64,000 nucleotides of DNA from contig CAVQHD010000001.1 of assembly GCA_963712275.1 (NCBI GenBank), forward strand, positions 832,001 to 896,000, read 5' to 3'. Shown in pieces: positions 48,075-57,158 of this stretch. The translations under genes were made by a program, and so were the position numbers. How positions within the stretch are numbered: the first letter of the stretch is position 1; every line of letters begins with the position of its first letter. The notes beneath the pieces are model-generated. The model had not been told where the DNA came from. It made no database searches and was given only the letters and a program-made list of their open reading frames with translations. This DNA is from an uncultured Rhabdochlamydiaceae bacterium. Lineage in GTDB: Bacteria > Chlamydiota > Chlamydiia > Chlamydiales > Rhabdochlamydiaceae.

Positions 48075-48971
48075 ATGGCACTTCAAGGTGTTCAATCCTA
48101 TTTGCCCTCACGTGATAAAAGCATTGATGAATTTATTGCGTCTCTTGCGCCTGAGGCGCGCGTAAAATTTCAAGAGGCTCTCCATTACATGCGGTACTAT
48201 TATAAAGAATATAGTCAGGAACTTGATGAACGCATGAAGCAATATACATACGGTATTTTAGGCGACCACGCATTGACTCCCGTAGTTCTTTTCTGGCTAA
48301 CGGTTGCCGCCGGTACAGTCGGCGGGGGTGCAGCTGGAGCTGCTATTGGGGCAAAATATATGCCGCCAGACCTTCCGAAAGAAGCCAAAACTGCTGGGAT
48401 TACAGCCTGTGGAGCCGTCGGTGCCCTTGGTGGAGGTGCGCTAGGTGTTTACCAAGGTGTCCAAGCTGTACAAACAACCAATGCTTATAAGAAGTGGGAA
48501 AGAGAACAACTGTTTTTACAAGCCATGAGGAATTATATTCATCAAAGGTATAGCGGAGATCCTATCCTACGGCGTTTTGTTTTGAACGGAACTCTTCAGG
48601 AAAATTGTGCAACGGCGCTCCTGGCCGGACAGACCTATCACTTAGATGTCACTACAGATATTTTCTTGGCCAAGAGAATTCGGCATCTTCTCAAGGAAGA
48701 TCGTCGTGGCGTTCCCCTCACGGGAAATAACCCTTATGCAGGGGAGCATTTTGACAAAATCTTGGTAAAGATTAACGAGGCAATCGTACAAAAGTGCAGA
48801 GAAATAAACGACGATTTATATCAAAAACACCAGAATAAGGAGATTTCTCTAGAAGAATGGATCAATAGGAAAAAGGCTTTTTTCGATCAATGCGGAGAAT
48901 ATTCGGAAAGCGACCCAGACTGGAATATGATTATTGCTACAGGAAGATATCTCCCACCGCTTCCACTATGA
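48075..48971 (+). CDS. Hypothetical protein with Gly-rich bilobed hydrophobic hairpin (Inc-like)
   Basis: AAGGAG RBS; two Gly-zipper hydrophobic segments at about aa 66-130. Confidence 0.7.
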   Translation: MALQGVQSYLPSRDKSIDEFIASLAPEARVKFQEALHYMRYYYKEYSQELDERMKQYTYGILGDHALTPVVLFWLTVAAGTVGGGAAGAAIGAKYMPPDLPKEAKTAGITACGAVGALGGGALGVYQGVQAVQTTNAYKKWEREQLFLQAMRNYIHQRYSGDPILRRFVLNGTLQENCATALLAGQTYHLDVTTDIFLAKRIRHLLKEDRRGVPLTGNNPYAGEHFDKILVKINEAIVQKCREINDDLYQKHQNKEISLEEWINRKKAFFDQCGEYSESDPDWNMIIATGRYLPPLPL

Positions 48972-51390
48972 CTTTGGTCTCAGGAATCACGAATTTACCC
49001 CCTGCTTGGGCCCCTCCTGCTGCATCGGCATATTCAAAAGGAACAGGGCCTCCTAAGGCTTCGAGCTTCCCTGGATATAGCGAACTTGAGTCGAGATAAT
49101 CCCCATGACATGCCACTAAGGGTAAATTCATAAAGCGAGCCTTTTGCTCACAGAGTTTTACCACGAGTGCATTAACGACGGAGGCGTCTTGGTTCTTAGT
49201 TCTGTAAATCTTTTCCATGAATAGGACGGGCTTTTTTTTGTCGGGATCCCATAAGATTCTCAGCACTGAGCGTGCAATGATTTTACCTTTTTTGTCTTTG
49301 ACCACAATCGCTCGATTTTTCCCATCGAGAATATAAGCCATTAAGCATTTATTCTTTTCTGAATCGCTTGCAATGTCTTGGCAACTATCAACCATCTCAT
49401 TTCCTAGAAGCATCAAATCTTCCCACTGATCGGTATCTTCAACAACCAGCCCCTCAGGGATCTCAAACTGAGGCAAGAGAGATTTTTTCCACTTTTCCAA
49501 AAGAGTAGGATTTGATTCAGAAATGGTTTTTAGATGGGGATTTTTTGTAACCTCGTACCGGATCTGAGGAAAAGTACCATCGAGAACAGATATAATAAGC
49601 TGTCTCAGCACTCTATTCATAGCTTCTTTCTCAACTTCCCGAAGCTGTTGCAAACCACTAGCATAGATAAGTAACCCATTGGGGTACCGTTTCGACTGAC
49701 GGAATATAGAATCAAATTTCTTTATTTCCTCTGTGCTTTGGAGGCCAAATATTCCGCTTTCGGCATTCCATTTTTCTATCAGAGTTTTTGTATCTGCATT
49801 ATTCCGAAGTGCATCGTAGCGGCCGAACGATATCAATAGAGGTATAGCGGCAAAACAGACCTCTTGATTCATTCTGTGCTCTTCAAGCCTCTTTTGATAA
49901 GCAGGAGCCCGCTCTAGCTTCCCTTTTTCAGGATCACTTAAAACCACTTCCAATAAACGGGTCTGCTCTGGGACCGAGAGCTTATTTGTTTTTGCCAAAA
50001 TACAAATAAGCTCATTAATCGACTGCATTAATTTATAATCTGAATACCGTTTTGCCTTTAGGCTATCTAAGATTTTTTTGCTTGCTTGTACCTCAATTCC
50101 TCTGTGGGTCAATAGAAGCGTCGTCAATAAGAGGTGTTTAGGTCTTCCCTCTACAAGAGATAAATAAGCATTTCTCTTATCCTTGTTGGTATAAATCTCT
50201 ATTAAAGCAGTTGTACCTGCCACCTGAAGAACCGGGTTTGTGAGCTTAAAAACTGCCTCAAATATCGATGCAGCCGCTTTATCTTCAAGCAGCGGCTTGA
50301 GGGCAGGCTCAAGCTCGCATCGGATCAAAAAATCTCCTAACCATAAGAGAGTCTTCATCCGCTGTTGAAGGCTCTCCGCTTTCATAATCACCTGGTTGGA
50401 CAAACTTTTTAAGCGATCCTCAGAAAAACCCGCCGCTCTCCCCTCTTCAATAAGATCTGATAACAAACTATTGATCTTCTCTCTACATTGAGTTTCTTCA
50501 ATTGCCTGCATGTTCATGGGAATTTCTAGAGCGATTGCTCGGTCAAGCCACCCTCTAAGGGTAGGGGAAAGGGGCAATTTTAATTGTGTATCAGGCAAAG
50601 ATACCGAGGTTATGACGCTCTTATCTCCATAGAGATAAAAATCATTCATTCCGTTCTTATAACGCATTTCATAATACGCCTGTTCCGCAATCTGTTTAAG
50701 ATGAAACAGTTGATCTGGATCTACAATGGGCAGCTTTTTTATATAATCGAGCGCTCTTTTGGGATTTAGAGGGGCCAATCGTTTCATGAGTTCAAAAGCG
50801 TAGTCTGGATTAGAAATATTAAAGTCTTCATAAGAAAGGAACAAATGGTGCGCATGGCTTCCTGAGAGAATAATCTTAGCTATTTCAAACCGTTTCTTTT
50901 CATCTACAATCTTATAATCTTGGATGTTCATGAGTATGTTGGTAGGGTTAGATGACGCCTCGATTTTCACTAATTCATAGATATCGTCTTGATTGAATCC
51001 ATAGTTTTTGATCGCGTAGTCAAAATCCGCTCCAGTACTGCATTTTGCTATTTCAAGACGAAGGGAATACGGGAATTTTTGGTATGAAATAGGATTCCGC
51101 AGCTCTTTTACCTGTAATTGAACAAGCTGTTCTGCGAGCTGATGTGTCTTGCGATGTAATTCTGTCTTCAAAAAGGAAATAACGTCCTCAATCTGCGAAG
51201 GGGAGGGTGCAGCGCCTGCAGTGAGTGCGGGAGCCATTTTCTCAAGTTGCGTTCGGCATGAGTTAAATAAATTCTTGCATTTTTCCGCAGTGTTATCTTT
51301 AGATTTTGACAACTCTTCAAACTCAGAAATATATTTATTATAAAAACTCTCTTCTATTATATAATTTGAAATTGAATCATTTACGCTCAT
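48937..51390 (-). CDS. Large hypothetical protein, 817 aa
   Basis: Long ORF; helical N-terminus; C-terminal alpha/beta domain (DTD..EDL...G..SCQ...NKCL..Y..DGK...ARS.LR). Confidence 0.8.
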   Translation of the reverse strand: MSVNDSISNYIIEESFYNKYISEFEELSKSKDNTAEKCKNLFNSCRTQLEKMAPALTAGAAPSPSQIEDVISFLKTELHRKTHQLAEQLVQLQVKELRNPISYQKFPYSLRLEIAKCSTGADFDYAIKNYGFNQDDIYELVKIEASSNPTNILMNIQDYKIVDEKKRFEIAKIILSGSHAHHLFLSYEDFNISNPDYAFELMKRLAPLNPKRALDYIKKLPIVDPDQLFHLKQIAEQAYYEMRYKNGMNDFYLYGDKSVITSVSLPDTQLKLPLSPTLRGWLDRAIALEIPMNMQAIEETQCREKINSLLSDLIEEGRAAGFSEDRLKSLSNQVIMKAESLQQRMKTLLWLGDFLIRCELEPALKPLLEDKAAASIFEAVFKLTNPVLQVAGTTALIEIYTNKDKRNAYLSLVEGRPKHLLLTTLLLTHRGIEVQASKKILDSLKAKRYSDYKLMQSINELICILAKTNKLSVPEQTRLLEVVLSDPEKGKLERAPAYQKRLEEHRMNQEVCFAAIPLLISFGRYDALRNNADTKTLIEKWNAESGIFGLQSTEEIKKFDSIFRQSKRYPNGLLIYASGLQQLREVEKEAMNRVLRQLIISVLDGTFPQIRYEVTKNPHLKTISESNPTLLEKWKKSLLPQFEIPEGLVVEDTDQWEDLMLLGNEMVDSCQDIASDSEKNKCLMAYILDGKNRAIVVKDKKGKIIARSVLRILWDPDKKKPVLFMEKIYRTKNQDASVVNALVVKLCEQKARFMNLPLVACHGDYLDSSSLYPGKLEALGGPVPFEYADAAGGAQAGGKFVIPETKVIVEAVGDIFL

Positions 51391-51499
51391 GATATAATGC
51401 CTTTTATTTAATTATAGCATAATAAATTTATTTTTTATATAATATAAAAGAAGCTTGCTAAGTTATTATTAATTAATAGGTTGTGAAGTAGACAGCTTC

Positions 51500-52423
51500 T
51501 TACACCAGAGGCGGATCGAACGCCATCATATTTGGAGGAATCGCCGCTTTAAATTGAAGAGGCGCGCCTGTGATAGGGTGAGTTAAGGAAAGAGAATAAG
51601 CATGAAGGAGCTGCCGAGGGGCTCCATACTTTTCATTAATGGAGGTGCGCCCATAGACAGGATCACCTAGGATCGGGGTGCCGACATGCTTCAGGTGAGC
51701 TCGGATTTGGTGGGTGCGGCCTGTGATAAGCTGCACATCCACCCAAGTTAAATCCCCTTGGACTTTAAGCACTTGGCAGATTGAAGTAGCCTGTTTCCCT
51801 GAAGGGTCAACAGACATCTCTTGGCGGCGCATAGGGTGCCTTTTGAGCGGAGCTTCAATGGAGCGGGACCCAGGGTTCCCGATGCAGAGCGCTAAGTAAT
51901 GCTTTGTCACGGCTCGAGAGGAAAAGAGCTCGACCAATCGTTGATGTGTTTCGGTGGTTTTGGCGGCGATCAGAACACCTGACGTATCTTTATCCAAGCG
52001 ATGAACAATCCCTGGTCTTAGGCTATCTAAATGAGACATAGTTTTGCAGTGGTAGAGAAGAGCGTTGACAAAGGTGCCGCAAGGGTGGCCGGGAGCGGGA
52101 TGGACGACCATGCCAGCTGGTTTATTGACGGCAATCAGGTGGTCATCTTCATACAAAATATCGAGGGGAATATGTTCTGGCTCCAGAGCCATCTCAGGCG
52201 TCAGCTCGAAGCAGACATCGATTTCATCGCCGACATCAACTGTTTCTCTCTTTTTAACGGGGCTTCCATTGACAAGCACAAGCCCTGAGGCAATCAAGTA
52301 TTGAAAATAGGTTCTTGAATAGATTGGAAATGCCTGCACGAGCAGGCGATCTAAACGCGTGTGCACCATCTCGGACGAAACTAAGATCGATTCTGAAGTA
52401 TTAATCTTTGCCTTCAATGACAT
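51500..52423 (-). CDS. rluD: RluA-family pseudouridine synthase (RluD-like, with S4 domain)
   Basis: RLD..L S4 domain, NKPAGMVVHP, RPGIVHRLDKDTSG, TGRTHQIR, GDPVYG. Confidence 0.9.
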   Translation of the reverse strand: MSLKAKINTSESILVSSEMVHTRLDRLLVQAFPIYSRTYFQYLIASGLVLVNGSPVKKRETVDVGDEIDVCFELTPEMALEPEHIPLDILYEDDHLIAVNKPAGMVVHPAPGHPCGTFVNALLYHCKTMSHLDSLRPGIVHRLDKDTSGVLIAAKTTETHQRLVELFSSRAVTKHYLALCIGNPGSRSIEAPLKRHPMRRQEMSVDPSGKQATSICQVLKVQGDLTWVDVQLITGRTHQIRAHLKHVGTPILGDPVYGRTSINEKYGAPRQLLHAYSLSLTHPITGAPLQFKAAIPPNMMAFDPPLV

Positions 52424-52685
52424 CTTTAAATTTTCTCGCAGCTTCTTGGGCTTTTTTAAGATCTCGGCTGATTTGACTGTTCATCGCTTGAAACATATTG
52501 TCTCGAAATGCGCCTGCATATTTCATAATATCTCCGAGAGGGGCATTAGGAAAAAGCGAAGCCAGATTTTTGACCCACGGATCCCCTGGCGAAAGAGGCT
52601 TGCCCGGAGCAAGGACATCGCTATCTCTGCCTATTGGAGATGTTGCTTTAGGTTCATTTCCTTGAGGTCCAACTGGAATTGTCAT
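52401..52685 (-). CDS. Small hypothetical protein
   Basis: GGAGG RBS before ATG 52685; Pro-rich N-terminus and helical C-terminus. Confidence 0.7.
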   Translation of the reverse strand: MTIPVGPQGNEPKATSPIGRDSDVLAPGKPLSPGDPWVKNLASLFPNAPLGDIMKYAGAFRDNMFQAMNSQISRDLKKAQEAARKFKDVIEGKD

Positions 52686-52725
52686 GCTTGCCTCCAATTT
52701 TCATTATAGCTTATAAAGTCTCTCA

Positions 52726-53121
52726 ATGATAGAAAAAATTGCCATCCGGCTTCTTGCGATTAAAAGCCGAACAACAGAGGAGTTAAGAAAAAAATTAACT
52801 GTAAGAGGGTTTCCTGCGCCTGAGATTGAAGCCGTTATTCAAAAATTTATTAATCAAGGGTATCTGAGTGACGACGAACTGGTTGGAAGACGGTTTCAAG
52901 CTTATTTGGAAAAAGGGTACGGCCCTCATTACATTGCATTAAAATTAAAGCAGCAGGGGCTTCGCATGCCTCCCTATCCAGCGGCTCTTCAAAAACAAGT
53001 CGCCCTAAAGCTTCTGAGAAAAGCCTCCTTTCAAAGCAAAGCTGCTCAAAAAAGAGGGGCCGCTCTGCAGAGGCGGGGCTTTGATCTGGATGTGATCTGC
53101 CAAGTGTGTGTAAAAGGATAA
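52726..53121 (+). CDS. recX: Regulatory protein RecX
   Basis: A.RLL...RT..ELR.KL, GYLSD, GYGP..I...LKQ.G, LQRRGF. Confidence 0.88.
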   Translation: MIEKIAIRLLAIKSRTTEELRKKLTVRGFPAPEIEAVIQKFINQGYLSDDELVGRRFQAYLEKGYGPHYIALKLKQQGLRMPPYPAALQKQVALKLLRKASFQSKAAQKRGAALQRRGFDLDVICQVCVKG

Positions 53122-53123
53122 AA

Positions 53124-54110
53124 ATGCCGATTGGAGTTTTAGGAATCAGTCATAAATCTGCCCCGCTTGCCTTTCGGGAGCAGGTTGCGCAGGTGTGCAG
53201 TGCCTATCAAGAGCCTGATAAAGTGACCCTTTCCACCTGTAATCGAACCGAAATTTACTTTAGCCATTCCAATTTGGCCGATGTGCAATCCCAGCTTTTT
53301 GCAGAGCTCAAAAGACGTCTTAATCACTCGTTCGAGCATGCCTTTTACACCTTTTTTGGAGAGGAGTGTTTTTATCATCTCCTCTGTGTTGCTTGCGGGC
53401 TCGATAGCGCTCTTTTCTTGGAAACAGGGATCCTTGGACAGGTCAGGCTCTCTTATGAGGCTGCAAGGGCTCAAGGAGCTTTATCATCTCCCATTCATTA
53501 TTTTTTTCAGAAAGCGCTCAAACTCGCAAAAGAGGCTAGGTCCCGTTTCCCCCTTTTCCAGTCGACGCTCCATCTAGAAGGCATGATTTTTCAGCTTGTC
53601 GATTCGATGTTAGGAGAAAATCCCTCTCTTTTGATGGTTGGAAATTCTGACATCAATCGAAAAATCATCCATTATTTTTACCGACGAAAAAAAGGGCGCA
53701 TTACCCTCGTTTCCCGCGATCTGCAAACCGCTTACCCTTTTGCTTGGGACTATGGACTGACCCTAAAAGGGCGGGAAGAACTGGCGCAGGCCTGCCTTTA
53801 TGATGGCATCATCTCTGCAACGCAGATGAGCTCAGCGGAAGGGTACTTGATTTCCTCTTGCCCTCTGGATCACTGCATAAAATTGATGATTGATCTCAGC
53901 GTCCCTCGGAGCATAAACCCTGATGTGGGCCAGCACCTGCCACTCATCAATATGGAGCAAATGGGGGAGCTCTTTGCCAAGGCGCATACCGTTCGCCATG
54001 CAGAAACTGCGCAAGTAAAAAATTTTCTTAACAACTCCGTTCAAGATTATACAAAAAGATTTTATCAAAAACAGTGCTTCCTTTATAATACTTCAAAAAA
54101 GGAATCATGA
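53124..54110 (+). CDS. hemA: Glutamyl-tRNA reductase (short chlamydial-type form)
   Basis: GISHKSAPL..RE, STCNRTEIY, GLDS...E..ILGQV, IDLSVPR. Confidence 0.92.
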   Translation: MPIGVLGISHKSAPLAFREQVAQVCSAYQEPDKVTLSTCNRTEIYFSHSNLADVQSQLFAELKRRLNHSFEHAFYTFFGEECFYHLLCVACGLDSALFLETGILGQVRLSYEAARAQGALSSPIHYFFQKALKLAKEARSRFPLFQSTLHLEGMIFQLVDSMLGENPSLLMVGNSDINRKIIHYFYRRKKGRITLVSRDLQTAYPFAWDYGLTLKGREELAQACLYDGIISATQMSSAEGYLISSCPLDHCIKLMIDLSVPRSINPDVGQHLPLINMEQMGELFAKAHTVRHAETAQVKNFLNNSVQDYTKRFYQKQCFLYNTSKKES

Positions 54111-55087
54111 CAGTTCGAATTTTAAATCAAAATAGAGCCGATTTTGCTCAAAGTATTGTGAATGAATTCGACCGTATTCATTTTCCAGGGACTAGAGGGT
54201 TCGATATCGTAGAGCCAAGTCCTCGGAGGCTTGCACTGATAGATGAAAGAAGGGGTATAGATCGTAGTCTTTCTAACGTTATCTCTGAAATTCGATCCGA
54301 AATCGCCCTTCAGTCCATCAATTTTTCACAGTGGAGCGTCATCATAGGAATCACCGATCCGGTACTTGACCCAACTTATCGCAATGAAGCATTGGTTTAT
54401 GGTGCGGCCAAATTAGCCGATAGATTAAACGTTCCAGCCAACTTGGAGATATTAGACAGGTTAAAAGTTTCACTCGAGTCGCAGACGCCTCGAGTGAAAC
54501 TTTTAACCTATGTTTTTGAAGAGGCTTTTAGAAATTTGTCGGTGAAGGAGCAACTTGCGCTTATTGAGAAAATGAGAAGTGAAAAGACAGCCTTAGAAAG
54601 TGCGTCATTTAGAGCTCAAATGGCTTTTCTTAGAGTGCAAGTGATGATAGCTGGCCTTTTTGGCCACCCCAATTCCCCAATGGTAGTTGGAATGCTTTTT
54701 GTAACACTTGCGGGTTTTTTTGTACTAGGAACATGGGGGAATTTTTGCGAGCTGGCTTCTACGTATATTTCAAAAATATTTAAAATAGTTGCTAAGAGAT
54801 TTCCACGAACCAATCCTAGCATAATCTTAAGAGGTTTTGCTTTTTGTTTTATAGGTACTTGTTCAATTGTCTTAGCAACGGAAACCTGGTTTATGAAATG
54901 GGTAACTGAAAATACTCCTCGTGGTGTAACTAACTTAGCAACAGTGACAAGGGAGCGGAGCAATTGGATAAAAAGAGAACTCATATTAAAAGCATACCAA
55001 CTGTGGATGCATTTGATGCAAAACCCTGAAAACTTCTACGACAAGAAAACTTTACCTTACGGAAAAAAAGAAGCATGTCAGGTCTAA
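54107..55087 (+). CDS. Hypothetical membrane protein, paralog 1
   Basis: Paralog of 55075-55992; two C-terminal hydrophobic segments. Confidence 0.8.
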   Translation: MTVRILNQNRADFAQSIVNEFDRIHFPGTRGFDIVEPSPRRLALIDERRGIDRSLSNVISEIRSEIALQSINFSQWSVIIGITDPVLDPTYRNEALVYGAAKLADRLNVPANLEILDRLKVSLESQTPRVKLLTYVFEEAFRNLSVKEQLALIEKMRSEKTALESASFRAQMAFLRVQVMIAGLFGHPNSPMVVGMLFVTLAGFFVLGTWGNFCELASTYISKIFKIVAKRFPRTNPSIILRGFAFCFIGTCSIVLATETWFMKWVTENTPRGVTNLATVTRERSNWIKRELILKAYQLWMHLMQNPENFYDKKTLPYGKKEACQV

Positions 55088-55992
55088 CTATAAACCAAAA
55101 TAGAGCCAATTTTGTTCAAAGTATTGTGAATGAATTCGACCGTATTCATTTTCCAGGGACCAATATCCTCGATGTCGTCGAGCACAACCCTTGGCAGCTC
55201 GCACTGATAGATGAAAAAAACGGTATAGATCGCAGCCGTTCTGAGCTTCCTCCCGAACTTATGGGTGAAATTGCTGTTCGGGCCGTCAACTTTTCGCACT
55301 GGAGCGTTATCATAGGAATCACCGATCCGATACTCCAGCCTGCTTATCGGGAGGAAATATTGGCTTACGGTGCGGCTAAGTTAGTCGACAGATTGCAAAT
55401 TTCATCCAGATTACAAGCGCCTCGAGTCCAACTTTTAACTTATGTTTTTCAAGAAGCTTTTAAAACAATGTCAGCTGAGCAGCAACTTGCACTGATTGAG
55501 AGAATGAAAGATGAAAAGAAGATTTTAGAAGGGGTATCATTTAGAGTTCGACTGGTCTTTCTTAAGGTGCAAGTGGCGATCGCAGATTTTTTTAGCCATC
55601 GCTACACCTTTATGGCAGTTGGAGTTTTTTCCGTGATTGCTGTGTCTCTCTTTCTAGGATGTATAATAGCCAAGCTTCGGAACCGGGCTATCGAGAATGA
55701 TTTCAAGATCCATAGCTCGGCTAGGCATGCGAAGGTTTCGTGGATTACAGCCATTGGAGGTATAATCCCCTTTATCATTCTTCCTCTTCTTGAAGAGATT
55801 GTAAAATCTGCCACGGTGCAAGGTTGGCTTGCTAGCCAGATAGAGAATATAACTAATCATTCTTTAACCACCTTATCGACTCTGGCAAGAGAGCAGAGTA
55901 ATGGGACCAAAAAAGAACTCATATTAAAAGCATACCAACTGTGGATGCATTTAATGCAAAATCCCGAGAGCTTCTACGACAAGAAAGCTTAG
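55075..55992 (+). CDS. Hypothetical membrane protein, paralog 2
   Basis: Shares QSIVNEFDRIHFPGT and ELILKAYQLWMHLMQNPE with the upstream gene. Confidence 0.8.
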   Translation: MSGLTINQNRANFVQSIVNEFDRIHFPGTNILDVVEHNPWQLALIDEKNGIDRSRSELPPELMGEIAVRAVNFSHWSVIIGITDPILQPAYREEILAYGAAKLVDRLQISSRLQAPRVQLLTYVFQEAFKTMSAEQQLALIERMKDEKKILEGVSFRVRLVFLKVQVAIADFFSHRYTFMAVGVFSVIAVSLFLGCIIAKLRNRAIENDFKIHSSARHAKVSWITAIGGIIPFIILPLLEEIVKSATVQGWLASQIENITNHSLTTLSTLAREQSNGTKKELILKAYQLWMHLMQNPESFYDKKA

Positions 55993-56161
55993 AAGCTGTC
56001 TTAAAACTCAGTTTCTGTCGATTTTTGGGGCTTTTTGAGCCAATTTTCGCTTTATTTGGTGGGGGTTATATCAACTTTCGTATATTACCCCCACCAAATA
56101 AAGCGAAAATTAGCCAAAAATCCTCCAAAAAGCGACGAAACCTGAGTTTTAAGACAGCTTC
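55992..56161. mobile_element. 170-bp palindromic MITE-like element
   Basis: 20-bp perfect TIR GAAGCTGTCTTAAAACTCAG; inner 25-bp perfect IR (56042-56066 / 56087-56111); TTA direct repeats at 55989-55991 and 56162-56164. Confidence 0.85.
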
Positions 56162-56458
56162 TTAGAGGGATGTCACTTGACTCGGAGTTAAGTAGAGGGT
56201 TTCTTCAGGAGGCGGTTGGTTGCGATTCAGAAACAGCCGCACAAGACAGGCGCAAGGCGTTAGAATTGCTGTAGCGATCCCTATCCAACCAAGTATTTCG
56301 CCAAAGGTTACGTAAGGTGTCATTTTTGCAAAGACGGTGCCGATTGCAACCAAGATAATGGTTGCAAAGACGGTGATGGCTTCATATCGGCCTGGTACAA
56401 GCAAACAGGCGCATGGAGAAGGACGAGGTCCAGGATCTGAGATGATTCGAAGAGACAT
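56162..56458 (-). CDS. Small bilobed membrane protein (Inc-like)
   Basis: Two adjacent TM segments separated by a short loop. Confidence 0.65.
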   Translation of the reverse strand: MSLRIISDPGPRPSPCACLLVPGRYEAITVFATIILVAIGTVFAKMTPYVTFGEILGWIGIATAILTPCACLVRLFLNRNQPPPEETLYLTPSQVTSL

Positions 56459-56465
56459 TGTTTTA

Positions 56466-57158
56466 TCAAGCGTTTAAAAGGTTTAAGAGCAAGTGCCCTC
56501 CGTGAAAAGGGAGTCGAATGAGCAAAGCAACTGGAGCGCCGACGACCTTGAGAACTGAGTTTTGCTCAGGGTGGAAATAGTTGAAGAGTGTTGCACAAGC
56601 AGAGGTTCCTGCTACCACCACTCCGATAGCTTCCTTACGGTAATCTCGCTTCACGATTTGGTAAAGGGAGGGAGGAGATGGAGTTAAGGCTTTGGATAAC
56701 TCAGAGTTGACTTTAGCACAGGCTTGGATGACTCGAATGACATCTTGGAGCGTCAGAGAGCGTGAGGTTGAAGGAGAGCACCGAGGATGGACAAATCCTT
56801 TCCTCTCTTGATCAAAAAAGAGCTGAGGGTTGGGAAGGGATTCAAGGCATGCTGAGCATTGAGTTGTCCCGTCGGAAGCTTGGTGAAGTGCTTGAAGTGT
56901 TGTTTCCGGCATTTTCTGAAGGGCTTCTACAAAAATGTCCCACATCACCGTTAAATCTTTTCCTGCTTGATGCTGGTAACAGACATGTCTACAGGTCGGG
57001 CAAGAACCTTTGGAGGAGGTCGCCCATGATCTTAAACAATTTTGGTGAAAAACATGAGAACATGTTGTCACAACGTAGTCCCCTTTGCTGATAGGAAAGT
57101 CCATGGACGTAAATGAGGAGGAGCAGTTCAAACACCGATTTAAAGCTTGAAGGGCCAT
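56466..57158 (-). CDS. RING-H2 finger protein with C-terminal hydrophobic segments (putative E3 ligase effector)
   Basis: CLNC...CSHVFHQNCLRSW...CPTCR; second module CSAC...HPRC. Confidence 0.88.
   Translation of the reverse strand: MALQALNRCLNCSSSFTSMDFPISKGDYVVTTCSHVFHQNCLRSWATSSKGSCPTCRHVCYQHQAGKDLTVMWDIFVEALQKMPETTLQALHQASDGTTQCSACLESLPNPQLFFDQERKGFVHPRCSPSTSRSLTLQDVIRVIQACAKVNSELSKALTPSPPSLYQIVKRDYRKEAIGVVVAGTSACATLFNYFHPEQNSVLKVVGAPVALLIRLPFHGGHLLLNLLNA

Noticed and set aside
55941..56165. 74-aa ORF
   Set aside because: It reads through the palindromic MITE; no coding signal
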